NCBI RefSeq assembly: GCF_001194135.2
Contig: NC_068982.1
Span: forward strand, 26,635,554 to 26,680,255
Source: Octopus bimaculoides
Taxonomy: Eukaryota
Direction of reading: 5' to 3'
DNA: 44,702 bases
Each line of letters starts with the position of its first letter. Position 1 is the first letter of the stretch. This document shows positions 1 to 10,726 of the stretch, piece after piece. The notes below the pieces were generated by a model. That model worked only from the letters and a program-made list of their open reading frames with translations, was not told the DNA's origin and did not search any database. The position numbers were made by a program, and so were the translations under genes.

Positions 1-76
1 GAGCAGAAGTCATCGTACTTTGTTGGGTACATCGGGGTATGTTGATTTTTGTTTATTTTTTATGTGTCTCGACCAT

Positions 77-147
77 ACGTGCACTGATGAATAAAAGATG
101 CAGCTTACTACATTGCTGCATTAATTATGAAACAAGTGGTTTGCCGT
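77..147 (+). ncRNA. Candidate type I minimal hammerhead ribozyme motif
   Basis: CTGATGA (84-90); stem II ATAA..G-ATGCAGC / GCTGCAT-T..TTAT (91-128); GAAAC (129-133); 5-nt loop; GTT triplet (139-141); stem I ACG(T)GCA 77-83 pairs with TGCCGT 142-147 with one bulge. Confidence 0.55.
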
Positions 148-1389
148 TAAGTTAAATGTTTTTAGGAGGTTAATTTTTGAAAGTTGCATTCCCTCGCTTT
201 CGGTAAATATGTGCTTAGCTTTTGGTAGTTTAGACTTATTTAGTCCCTCTAAGCGTGAGGCATTACTATATAGTAATGCCCTTATATAAATTATATATAT
301 TTATGGAAAAAAACGATGTTTTTTTTTCCTTATGGGGTTTTTTCACGCTGACTACTTGATAAATTCTTATAAAGATTTTATCCTATATTATATTATATAT
401 ATATATATACATACTTACATATGTATATACACATGATTTTGCATATATATACGTATGTTTGTGTGTATGTATGTATGTATGTATGTATGTTGACGTGCAC
501 GAATTTTGTCCAACGAACAATTCATGTAATCCAATCATGATTAATACAAGTTACAGCAACACTGATAACATTAATTACTCTGCTTTAACAAATGTGTGTA
601 ATGCTGTGCTAAAGGTTTTGATCCTTTGACCTCTAAATTCTTTAAACAAACGTCGGTGTATGGGGTGAGAAAATAATAGCTTTCTAATAAAATATTCATT
701 CCAAATTGTAACCATAAAATTAGCGTATCTGCTATCGCTCTTTTTAGTACATTTGGAACAGCTCGGATATATTTTTTTTAATTTTTTAAAATTTTTATCT
801 TATTTTATTTTATTTTTGCTTATTCTGACTCTTTTGTTCCCAATGAAACTAAATGTCTTAAATTTTCCCATCGAAATTAGAGCACCGTTAATGCTCTTTT
901 TATTATAATGTTTCGGCATACTTCTTTAAAACGTCCTATTCTGCTGCGTTCGTTTATAGTCTTATGGTATATTACAAGCAGAGCTGAGCTGAGAACAAGT
1001 TAACTTGCTGGGCCTTCGTCTGTCGCATTTAGCATGTGTATGTTAACTAATAGAGAAAGATGAAACAAAATTTTCTGAAAAACATCATGTAGTTTTATCA
1101 TTTAATGAACTCTATAAAATATATCATGAAATAGTAGTATGAATTAGATATTACTTGTTTCAAATAAATATACTAGACATCTTCTACTGAGTTGCGACTC
1201 AGGATAGACAGTCGGTTTTAATAAAGTAAATCCTCAACTAAACACTGTATAATGAGAATGTATGACAAAATATTTACTTACACAGTCATGCACGCACATA
1301 AACACATGCGTACATACATGCAAGTACATACGCAGACATACATACAGGCTCATATTTATATATATATATATATATATATATTATATTTT

Positions 1390-1555
1390 GGATGCAGACA
1401 TTATCGAAGACACACATAGCCTAGATATCTGCCGCTCTCGTTCTCCTTCAGAGGTGGGTTGTCTTATCTGGTTAGAAACATTAAGTGTCTTTTATCACCC
1501 GGCATCGTGAAGGTACGATATGCAGGAAGATATCCCGCAACTAATTCGCGTATAA
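1390..1555 (-). mobile_element. Probable decayed Penelope-like RT remnant
   Basis: Minus frame reads LYAN*LRDIFLH, matching IFTKEVKRDIFLH in the PLE RT at 9.4-9.9 kb (nt CGGGATATCTTCCTGCAT vs AGAGATATCTTCCTCCAC); several stops. Confidence 0.35.
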
Positions 1556-1639
1556 ACAAAACACATACACAATGTGTCATCGATTATATNNNNNNNNNNN
1601 NNNNNNATATATATATATATATATATATATATAAGTATA

Positions 1640-3558
1640 TGTTGTGGTGGACGCCCCCAGATGAGAAGTGAGCTGGTCCACTACTAATAAACAATCGACT
1701 GACACAGTCAGTAATGTCAGTCGGTGCTTCACCACAGTGTACTGTGCGCTAAAACAGTGTCATATGTTGTTGTTTTTTTTATTCTGTTATACCAAGGTTC
1801 CGAGTTCGCGTAAGTCGCTCGCTTGTTTCATGTAATTATAACGTTGTACTGTTGTTTAGTGTTTTTCTGCACTCTGTGTTTGGTGCCTTGCAGTGGTAGT
1901 GCTAGCGTTTTCCCTCGGTTGAAGAGGAGATCGCTATGAATACTGAGATGGACTATGAGAGTCTTAGTTCGTCCCCTTTGACCACGTCCGAGGAGGACCT
2001 GAGAAGTCTGGAGAGGATTGACCAAGGAATAGAAGAAAGGAAGAAAATGAACTTTGCAGCTGCGGCTAGTGATAAAAAAAGAAGAACTCTATATCAACAA
2101 AAAGGAAATGCAAAAATACAAAGAAATGTTGAAGAGAGAACGACAAGAGGTGAAGGTGTCACCCGCCATCGACAACACAAGATTTATCAAGGAAACAAGT
2201 ATCACATTCAGTGCATAGAACCCGAAATCCAACAAGGCGAATATAGTGGCAAAAGAATAAATATAAAAAAGCACTAAGTCCCATCTAGCAGGATATTATC
2301 TTCCTTACCAAAGGTTCGAAGTTCGCGATGGTGGAGGTACGGTTTAGCAGCGAGCCGATAGTCAGGTATCATTCCGCGACTCCCATGAAGACAGACGAGG
2401 TAGTCTTTCTACGTATCTACCTGGGAAGACGTGCTTCCAGGCTAAGAGTGGAAAGGATACTTCTGGAGGTGGATGTAAACTGGATAATAGCGGCAATTTT
2501 AATAGGCTTCGAGGAGATGATTACAATCCTACAGGTGACAAAGGTACACTGGAAATGACAATCCAGGCTGCCCAAGAGGCATAGAAGAGATGGTCAACAC
2601 CATAACGGCGAGAGACGCGGTGAGACTTGGGGTTGTGGTGGAAGGCAGGAAGCCGAGATGCTACAACTGTTGGGACACATAAGGGCCAAGTGCGTCCCCG
2701 CCACCATAGAAGGGCCAAAAGGAGCTCCACTGGAGACCGTGTCTCCGACAGTCGTAACATCAAGAAATGAGAAGGATGGAAATGAAAAACCAAGAGTACA
2801 AAAAGAAAAATCGACAGAATGGACAGAGGTGGGAAAGAAGAAGAGGAAAGAAAACAGCAAACCAGCGAGGAAGAGCCCCAATCTATTCCCGTCCCTCACC
2901 TCCCGCTCCACATCACAAACCCCTCCCCCTGCAGACACNNNNNNNNNNNNNNNNNNNNNNNNNNNNNNNNNNNNNNNNNNNNNNNNNNNNNNNNNNNNNN
3001 NNNNNNNNNNNNNNNNNNNNNNNNNNNNNNNNNNNNNNNNNNNNNNNNNNNNNNNNNNNNNNNNNNNNNNNNNNNNNNNNNNNNNNNNNNNNNNNNNNNN
3101 NNNNNNNNNNNNNNNNNNNNNNNNNNNNNNNNNNNNNNNNNNNNNNNNNNNNNNNNNNNNNNNNNNNNNNNNNNNNNNNNNNNNNNNNNNNNNNNNNNNN
3201 NNNNNNNNNNNNNNNNNNNNNNNNNNNNNNNNNNNAGAAATTGTGATGGTGAACTCTGGCATAGAGATGGACACGAAGGATTGTAAGGTGTTACACCCGA
3301 TTGAGTGAAATTTGCCCAGGGACAATAGGACTGAACGGTAGTTGTAACCTTAAAGCTTAGACTCAATTTTGGACAGTAATTGTCACAGTAATGTTTTAGC
3401 GGCATAAGTAATGTTTTGTAATTGTGTACAAAAAAGGGGGAAAAAGAGCATGTAATTGCGCATAATGGGATTCAAGTATCATAGTATTTTGACTGTAGAT
3501 GATGTTTTAGAAAAATAAGGGTAAAAAGCAATTTAATTTGTTGTAAAAAAAAAAAAAA
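1640..3558 (+). mobile_element. Decayed retroelement with only a gag-like ORF1 (CCHC zinc knuckle), L1/Tx1-ORF1-like, ending in an A-tract
   Basis: Broken ORF from about 1936: MDYESL..MNFAAAAS..; HSATPMKTDEVVFLRIYLGRRAS..; VVVEGRKPRCYNC/GHIRAKC; ends 3308. Then about 240 nt of UTR and A14 at 3545-3558. 297-N gap inside. Confidence 0.7.
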
Positions 3559-3559
3559 G

Positions 3560-5160
3560 ATTCACGAAACTCGGTCGTGGGGTCAAGTGACATTCATTTT
3601 ATTTTTCAATTCCATCTTTTCATTCGTTCTCTTTTTTTCTCTCACTTTTCGGGGATTTTTGTATATGTGTTCTGTCAAGTGTGCATTATTAGTATTTAAT
3701 TTTCGTTAACGACTGAGTCAGGTGTGTACGGTGCTAGTGTTTAAGTGAGGGGTATGCTTGTGGTGTAGTGTGTGTCTGTGGAGCGCCAGGGGTTTGGGGA
3801 AGTGTTTTTCCGTTTCCTTCTTTGCTTGGCAACTTTTCTTGGTAGGGTTGTCTTGTATTTCTGTAGTATTGTAGTTAGAGGTTGGTGAGAGGCTCCGTTT
3901 GGTGGTTTCCCCATTGGGAGCATTTTTTGTTTTAGCATATGGGGTAGGGCTTGTTGATGGTGCGGGGATAGTTTTAGTGTCGTTTGCCTCGGCCTGGTGC
4001 TGTGGAAGCTCATTTGGCGGAGGGTGGCTCATTGCTGTGAAGTCCTGTGGGCAGGATTTTCTGATGTGGCCCTTTGCCCACATTTGTAGCATCTGGGCCT
4101 TCGTCCCTCCACCATGACTCGGAGACCTGTGCCGTCTGGTAGTTTTATCACGCCTGGAATTAATTCTAAATCTTGTTGGGCGGCCTGGATTGTAATTTCC
4201 AGGCCTTGGCCCCCACCAGTTTTGTTGGTGCAGCTTTGTGATTTGCAGTATGGAAATACTGCTTTCCAGATCAAGTAAGACAGCTGCCACAAGCCACACC
4301 ACATCAGTTTCTGATGGGACCTCCCCTATTTTTATTTTTTGAAGTACGTTGACCCATGTACGTTGGTAGCAGCACCAACTCGTTTGTCTTTAAAGGCACT
4401 GTGGAGTGTTCCTTTGCTTCAACGTAAGTTGTTTTACCTCATATGGGCTGTAGACCTTTTTCGATACTTTCCTTCGGCATGTGTTCTATTTCTTTCTTTT
4501 TTTTTGAGTGACAAAGTTTTAAAATTTTTAGTTTTCCGTATTGTCTGTTGCATTATATCGCTGGAAGGGGTTGGGTTTATATTCGTGCCATCTCTCTGTA
4601 AAAGGCATTTGTTAAATTCTCCATGTCCAAGTTTATAGTCTCGGTTGATTTCNNNNNNNNNNNNNNNNNNNNNNNNNNNNNNNNNNNNNNNNNNNNNNNN
4701 NNNNNNNNNNNNNNNNNNNNNNNNNNNNNNNNNNNNNNNNNNNNNNNNNNNNNNNNNNNNNNNNNNNNNNNNNNNNNNNNNNNNNNNNNNNNNNNNNNNN
4801 NNNNNNNNNNNNNNNNNNNNNNNNNNNNNNNNNNNNNNNNNNNNNNNNNNNNNNNNNNNNNNNNNNNNNNNNNNNNNNNNNNNNNNNNNNNNNNNNNNNN
4901 NNNNNNNNNNNNNNNNNNNNNNNNNNNNNNNNNNNNNNNNTCTCTCTCTCTCTCTCTCTCTCTCTTTCCCTCTCCCTCTCTTTCTCTCTCTCTATGAGTG
5001 AGAGACGGGAAAGTTTCATCGTACACTTCTGGCAAGTGGGCGTTGTTTTCCGTTGGTTTGAATTCAATATTAACGTCAGCGAGTTGCTTACTGAAGTAAA
5101 TTGGTCTGTCCATTAGACCTCTTGTAGGTAGGTCACCCCCAATGGAGCGAACCTTCTAGG
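3560..5160 (-). mobile_element. Second decayed ORF1-only element of the same family, convergent with the first
   Basis: Minus frames: HSTVPLKTNELVLLPTYMGQRTS..DVVWLVAAVL..ISILQITKLH..TIQAAQQ..VMVEGRRPRCYKCGQ/GHIRKSCP; stop at 3718; AATAAA in the 3' UTR. 308-N gap and (GA)n near the 5' end; 5' boundary approximate. Confidence 0.7.
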
Positions 5161-5183
5161 TTCCGCGAAACGTCAACCGTTAA

Positions 5184-6039
5184 CAGGGTGCCTCAAAAAT
5201 GTATTCATACTTGAACAGCTGATAACTCAGTTTTCATTTCATTTGAAATTTAAACCATTTGACATAATGCCTGGTGACAAACGTTAGTACTGGAAGTTTG
5301 AAAACACAGTTGAATTATAAAAGACAAAATAGGCGAAGATCCACCTATGCAAATTAGAGATAAGTTTGAAGTAGATGGAACTACAAGAAACGCTCCGGAA
5401 GACGGTGGACATTGACAAACTTCATAAAATGAGAAAGGGTACTAGATATATATTGCCAGATTTCAATAAAATTTGTGTGGCATGCGAGCACGAGATAAAA
5501 TTTTCAAAATGAAACATCTTTCTAATTTTGAAGTGCTGTCAAGGGAAAATTTACATTCCAAGGATAGTCCATGCTCTCATTGAAGAGTTTTGCGGGTGGT
5601 GCCTGGAATAATGTATCGAAGATGCATACTTTCCAACAATGATCGTTTGGAGGGATGAGGCTACATATAAATTAAATGGCTCAATTTACTGTCACAGTTG
5701 CACTCAACTGGAAATTTGTGAACCTGCATATTACAAAGGAGCAACATAATTATTTTACGAGGAGTTACAGTATGGCATATCATCAAAAGGATCAGTTGGA
5801 CTGTTCTCATTTTCTTGTACTGTGATTGCTCTCAATTACTTGAACTTTTACTTGATGTTTGCGATTCCATTGTTTCGCATAATCAGCAGTGCGCAATCAA
5901 AACAGTCATCCGTTTGAAAACAGGTTTTCTTAAAATCTTAAATTATGTTAGTAGATTCAGTTTTGAAAGCGAGATGTATTTCAATAAACGTTGACTTTAT
6001 GATCATTCAATGAATCTATACATTTTTTGGGACACCCTG
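5184..6039 (+). mobile_element. Internally deleted, decayed Tc1/mariner-superfamily DNA transposon
   Basis: TIRs CAGGGTGCCTCAAAAATGTA (5184) and TACATTTTTTGGGACACCCTG+TA (ends 6039). Remnant peptides IRDKFEVDGT and [11 protein letters not shown] (DD-motif region). Confidence 0.8.
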
Positions 6040-6146
6040 TATACATACACGAGACCACATATATGTGTATGTGTTAACTACAGAAAATTAGATCAATGAT
6101 ACATTGACGGCAGAAGTCGTTCTTCTCTCATACTATATACATATAA

Positions 6147-6197
6147 ACATACATACATACATACATACATACATACATACATACATACATACATACA

Positions 6198-6226
<29 letters not shown>
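6147..6226. repeat. (ACAT)n microsatellite
   Basis: Direct reading. Confidence 0.95.
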
Positions 6227-6233
<7 letters not shown>

Positions 6234-6540
6234 GATATATATTGTATGAGAATTTACATATTGAACTTGGAAGGTACGGAAAATTGTTCCCTTCAACTGA
6301 ATCGCACATTAAATTTTAATCATAATATACATTTCAAACCGAATTAGAAACCACACGTTTGCTTAATAATTAAGATTTAGTTTCAGTCCTAGAAAGTAAT
6401 GGTTTATTTGCTTCTCCAGAGGCCATATAAATGCAGTATGCATATAGATACATACATACATGCCTACATACATACATTCTTACGTATACGTGCATATCNN
6501 NNNNNNNNNNNNNNNNNNNNNNNNNNNNNNNNNNNNNNNN

Positions 6541-7757
6541 TAGGGTTATCCCATAAATAATGCGGGTTTTTCAATTGCATGAATAAAAGTTGGAGGGGGA
6601 TGGAATAAACTGCATCAACTTGCTATAAAAGCAGGTGGTAATTTTACCTTGTACTTATTCTTAGTGCAAGTTTTGAAGAGTGCAGTTCGATTTTAATAGT
6701 TATTTTTTCAAAGCTATAATGGAGGTGACAAAGGAGCATATTTTGCTTTATGAGTTCAAGAAAGGCAACAACGCGACAGAAAGTGCGAGGAATATTAATG
6801 CAGTATATGGGGATCAGACAATAAACGTAAGGCAGTGTCAACGATGGTTACAGAAATTTCGAGCAAAAAACTACAGCCTAGAAGACGAGCCTTGTCCTGG
6901 AAGATCTGTAGAGCTCGACGAGGACGTCCTGCAAACCTTGGTGGAACAATATGCCATCGTAACTGTTCAGGAACTAGCAGAGAAGCTTGGATTTTATCAT
7001 TCAACCATTCATCGACACCTGTGTGGCATCGGAAAAGTTATGAAATTAAGTCAATGGGTTCTTCACAAATTTACCGAGTCTAATCGCGTGCAGAGAGTGA
7101 ATATATGGTCTTCTTTGCTGTCACGTCTCACGAATTTTTGGACCGAATAGTCACTGGTGACGAGAAATGGGTTCTCTACAAAAATGTCAAGTGCCGAAGA
7201 CAGTGAGTAGGCAAAGTAGAAACACCGGTACTCCGGGCTAAAGAAGGTCTTCACCCACGTAAGCTGTTGTCATCTGTTTGGTGGGATAGTCCACTTTCAG
7301 CTTTTATACTCAAACCAAATGATAACAAAGAAGATCTAAAGCGAACAGCTTGAGCGGCTTAAGTCAGCGCTAGAAGAAAAACGACCATCTTTGGTTTCAA
7401 GACGAAAGGTGTTCTTCCATCAGGATAACGCTAGGCCACATTCACCGAGGATGACATTCTAAAGGCTGGAGCAGTTTGAATGGGAAACGATGCCCCATCC
7501 ACCATATACGCCGGATTTTGTCCCATCTGATTATCATATATTCCGCAGTCTTCAAAATCATTTGGAAGGGAAAAATATGAATTCTGTAGACGTGTTCAGA
7601 ATAGCACTGAAGGAGTATTTATCATCACGGGCAAGTGAGTTTTGGAAGAGGGCTTTGCAAGTCTACCAGATAGATGGAACAGCATTGTAGAAAATTAAGG
7701 AGAGTATACTTTACATTAAAAAAGAACCTTGTTTATGTTAATTTTGGGGTGACCTAA
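6541..7757 (+). mobile_element. Mariner (DD34D) transposon copy 1, transposase pseudogene
   Basis: Left TIR TAGGGTTATCCCATAAATAATGCG at 6541; partial right TIR GGGGTGACCTAA. HTH region HILLYEFKKGNNATESARNI; WVLHKF (WVPHEL-like); IVTGDEKW; HQDNARPH; HPPYTPDFVPSDYHIF; stops and frameshifts. Confidence 0.93.
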
Positions 7758-7768
7758 TGTATATATAT

Positions 7769-8432
7769 GAGATGGTGTGGCCGTATTATTCGAATGGCAG
7801 ATGAACGCATGCCGAAACAGCTGTTTTGTGGTGAGCTTGCTATCAGCGTAAACCTAAAAAAAGGTTTGAAGACAGCATAAGGACGACTATGAAGTCACTT
7901 GGAATGGATCCATAAGACATAGAAACCCATGCTTCGGATCGAGTTGGATGGCGAACAAAAGTGTGGAGTGGAGTGAAAGCATTTGAAGAGGCCAGTATAA
8001 CACAAGTAAGACTCAAAAGAGATCTAAGGAAGAATGTAACGATCGAGAAGGTGAATAACAATGACATCTATGTGTGCACGGTCTGTGACAGACTATGCCT
8101 GTCTTTTTGCTGGGCTCAAATCCCATCTGCGAACCTATGGAAAACGAGCCTCCACCAACTATTCTGCCTATATGTCTATGCACACCTTTGAATGCAGTGT
8201 ATGCCAGAAGGTCTGAAAAATCTAACAGAGGCCCCAAAAGACATTTTAAGGCCCACAAAGATCATAACTTAACTGCAGCTGTTGGTGGCACAAATCGGAT
8301 GTGCAATCTATGTGGGTGTCTTTTCAGAACATTGTCTGGTTTAAAAAGCCACATCAGATGCCATGATGGTTCTAAGGTGTAGGTACGGGAGGTGCTCAAA
8401 CTCTGCATAAGGAGTAGACAACCACCATACAT
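7769..8432 (+). mobile_element. RTE-clade LINE 3' fragment with three C2H2 zinc-finger motifs
   Basis: RWCGRIIRMADERMPKQLFCGEL..DRVGWRTKVWSGVKAFE (typical RTE ORF2 C-terminus), then three C-x2-C-x12-H-x3-H/Y motifs at 8075-8364 and a short 3' UTR. Confidence 0.85.
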
Positions 8433-8508
8433 ATACACACACACACGCACACACACACACAAACATGTGTGTGTATGCATGTGCGTGCTTGTTGTGTATA
8501 TACATACA

Positions 8509-8697
8509 TTCTACTCTAGGCACAAGGCTCACAATTTTGGGGGAGGTGGTCAGTCGATTAGATGAGCCACAGTACGCAACTGTTACCTAATTTATCGACC
8601 CCGAAAGGATGAAAGGAAAAGTCGACCTGGGCGGAATTTGAACTCAGAACTAAAGACAGCATTTCGCCCGGCGTGCTAACGTTTCTGCCAGCTCGCC
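8509..8697 (-). mobile_element. tRNA-derived SINE (octopus-type)
   Basis: Minus strand: GGCGAGCTGGCAGAAACGTTAG (A box region), GAGTTCAAATTCC (B box), TTTCATCCTTTCGGGGTCGATAAAT body; several related copies in the window. Confidence 0.85.
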
Positions 8698-9379
8698 TTA
8701 TATATATATATAATTGTGTGCGTGTGTGGGGGGTGTAATGTCTTGGTGTATCACAGACAACATAGTTAGAGTAACAGCGTTCGTACTAGAGGTTGAGAAG
8801 GTAAAATAGAGGGTGGGGGATGAAATGAAATAAAATAAACGATAAAAGTTCAATAAAAAGTGTTAGAATACAAGGAACTATGAGCAGGTTTAATTTCCAT
8901 ATTAGTTTTATGGATATTAAAAAGTTTCAAATAATTTTACGGATGTAAAATATTGAGGATCTATAAAAGGTTTATGGATGTATAAATAAGTAAATAGGTA
9001 GATATATAGAGAGACAGACAGATAGGTAGGTCGACAGACAGACAGACAGAGTTTACCTTACATGTGGCGTGTGACATGGAGAGAATCCTGTTGATAGGTG
9101 TTATATTTCATGAGAGTTTTCGAATCAATGATCCTCAATCAAACTTTCTTAATCCTTCGTTTTCGCTCTTTCTTGGTGATGACCTGTGCCTGTGGCAGTT
9201 AAAGATCCTGGAAGCAGTAGATGTGCTTCTATGAATGTAGCTAATTACGGCGGTTCAGGATAGGTACCTTCTTCCTCGTGAAGCATGCCTCTTTAATCCT
9301 GAGGTTAACTGCTATTTGAGCCATCGAGGAACGCCTAGAATGCGGTCAGAAGCTAGTAGCAGATTTCCTACCAACGAAC

Positions 9380-9941
9380 CTTAGGTATATCTTCAAACTC
9401 TGCGCCGTCAACACTTACTTCTTGTGTAAAAATCACCTACGGACAACGCAACGGCCTCCCAACGGGGACCAAAGTCAGTGGGATTCTGGCTACTCTGACC
9501 TTGTGTGACCTGGATTGCATGGCCCTCCATGCAGGAAGGCTCGTCACATTTGACCGGCGATACTTCGATAACGTGTTTGTTTTAACCTGTTCCAGAAGCG
9601 AGGTGACCAGGATCCACAATGTCTTCAGCAACTTCTACTACAACATCCAGCTCGACATGGAACACCCAGCCCTAAATAGCTCGCTGATCTTCTTGGATTT
9701 CACCACCTCCTATTCTTCGGGGCATGCAACAATCGGAATCTTTACGAAAGAGGTGAAGAGAGATATCTTCCTCCACTTGGATTTGGCATATTCAAAGGCG
9801 TTGAATTACAGTGTGGCCTTTAATGCGCTCGACCGCCGCCTATGCAGGTATGACGAGGCCGAAACAGAAAATTCAGTAGGATTTTGCTATGATGCTGTAT
9901 ACAAGAAAATACAGGCCACTCTTCATAGAGAAAGTGTGTGA
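9380..9941 (+). mobile_element. Penelope-like element reverse transcriptase fragment
   Basis: LRYIFKLCAVNTYF/YGQRNGLPTGTKVSGILA..RRYFDNVFVL..IQLDMEHP..LIFLD..IFTKEVKRDIFLH. This fits the PLE RT motif order Q..G..MGS..S, RYxDD, FLD. Confidence 0.75.
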
Positions 9942-10695
9942 CACGCTAAAAACATGAGCACAAAATGGTGTGTGAGAGATCTAAGGAGTGCGAAATAATA
10001 CAAAAGTATAAAAGTAATTCATTTAAATTCTGTAATGACAGTATACAATATGAGTATAAAGATTCAAAATGCTAGCAGTGAAAAGTCCAATTTCTCCAGG
10101 AAGTAATCAGAGTTTAAACATTGAGAGGTAAACAGTTATTAGTTATTATCTACTGGAACTTAATAAAACGAACTTTTCTTTTACTGCGTTTATGACATGA
10201 ACCGAAATGAAACATTTCTCTATTAAACACCGCTAACACACAAGTTCACAAAGGAGGTTCCATGGCTGTACAGTACAATTTAATCTAAACGTATGCTTCT
10301 CTAAAAATAAATGGACTGGGATAAAAGGGTTAGAAACTTAGTTTGCGAAGGCTAGAAAAAGATAATATTCTGGTGGGAGCAAACCTTGAAGTTATTCCCA
10401 ATTATTCCGGTTTAAAGTTTAAACACTCAAATTTATATTTTTGTATAGCTATGTTTGTACTTTAGATATATATGTGGATATATGCGTTTTTTCATACGTA
10501 AGTTTGCATAGACGTATGTGAGAGTGTGTATGTGCCTTTACCTATATATATATATATATATACCTTTACCTATATATATGTGTGTATATAGGCATATGTG
10601 CATATATGTTTACGAATGATTATATGTCGGTGTGTGTATGCGTATGGGTGAACGCATGAGTGTATGGTTATATATATGTGTTTATGCATGAATAT

Positions 10696-10726
<31 letters not shown>

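Noticed and set aside
1-45. Plus-strand exon end GGG|GTATGT
   Set aside because: Too little sequence at the window edge; all three frames are open and uninformative, and a PLE origin is at least as plausible.
7337-7462. TAA readthrough or a variant genetic code to explain the shared mariner stops
   Set aside because: The two TAAs likely replace different residues (Tyr and probably Gln), and both copies also carry frameshifts; descent from a defective copy is simpler.
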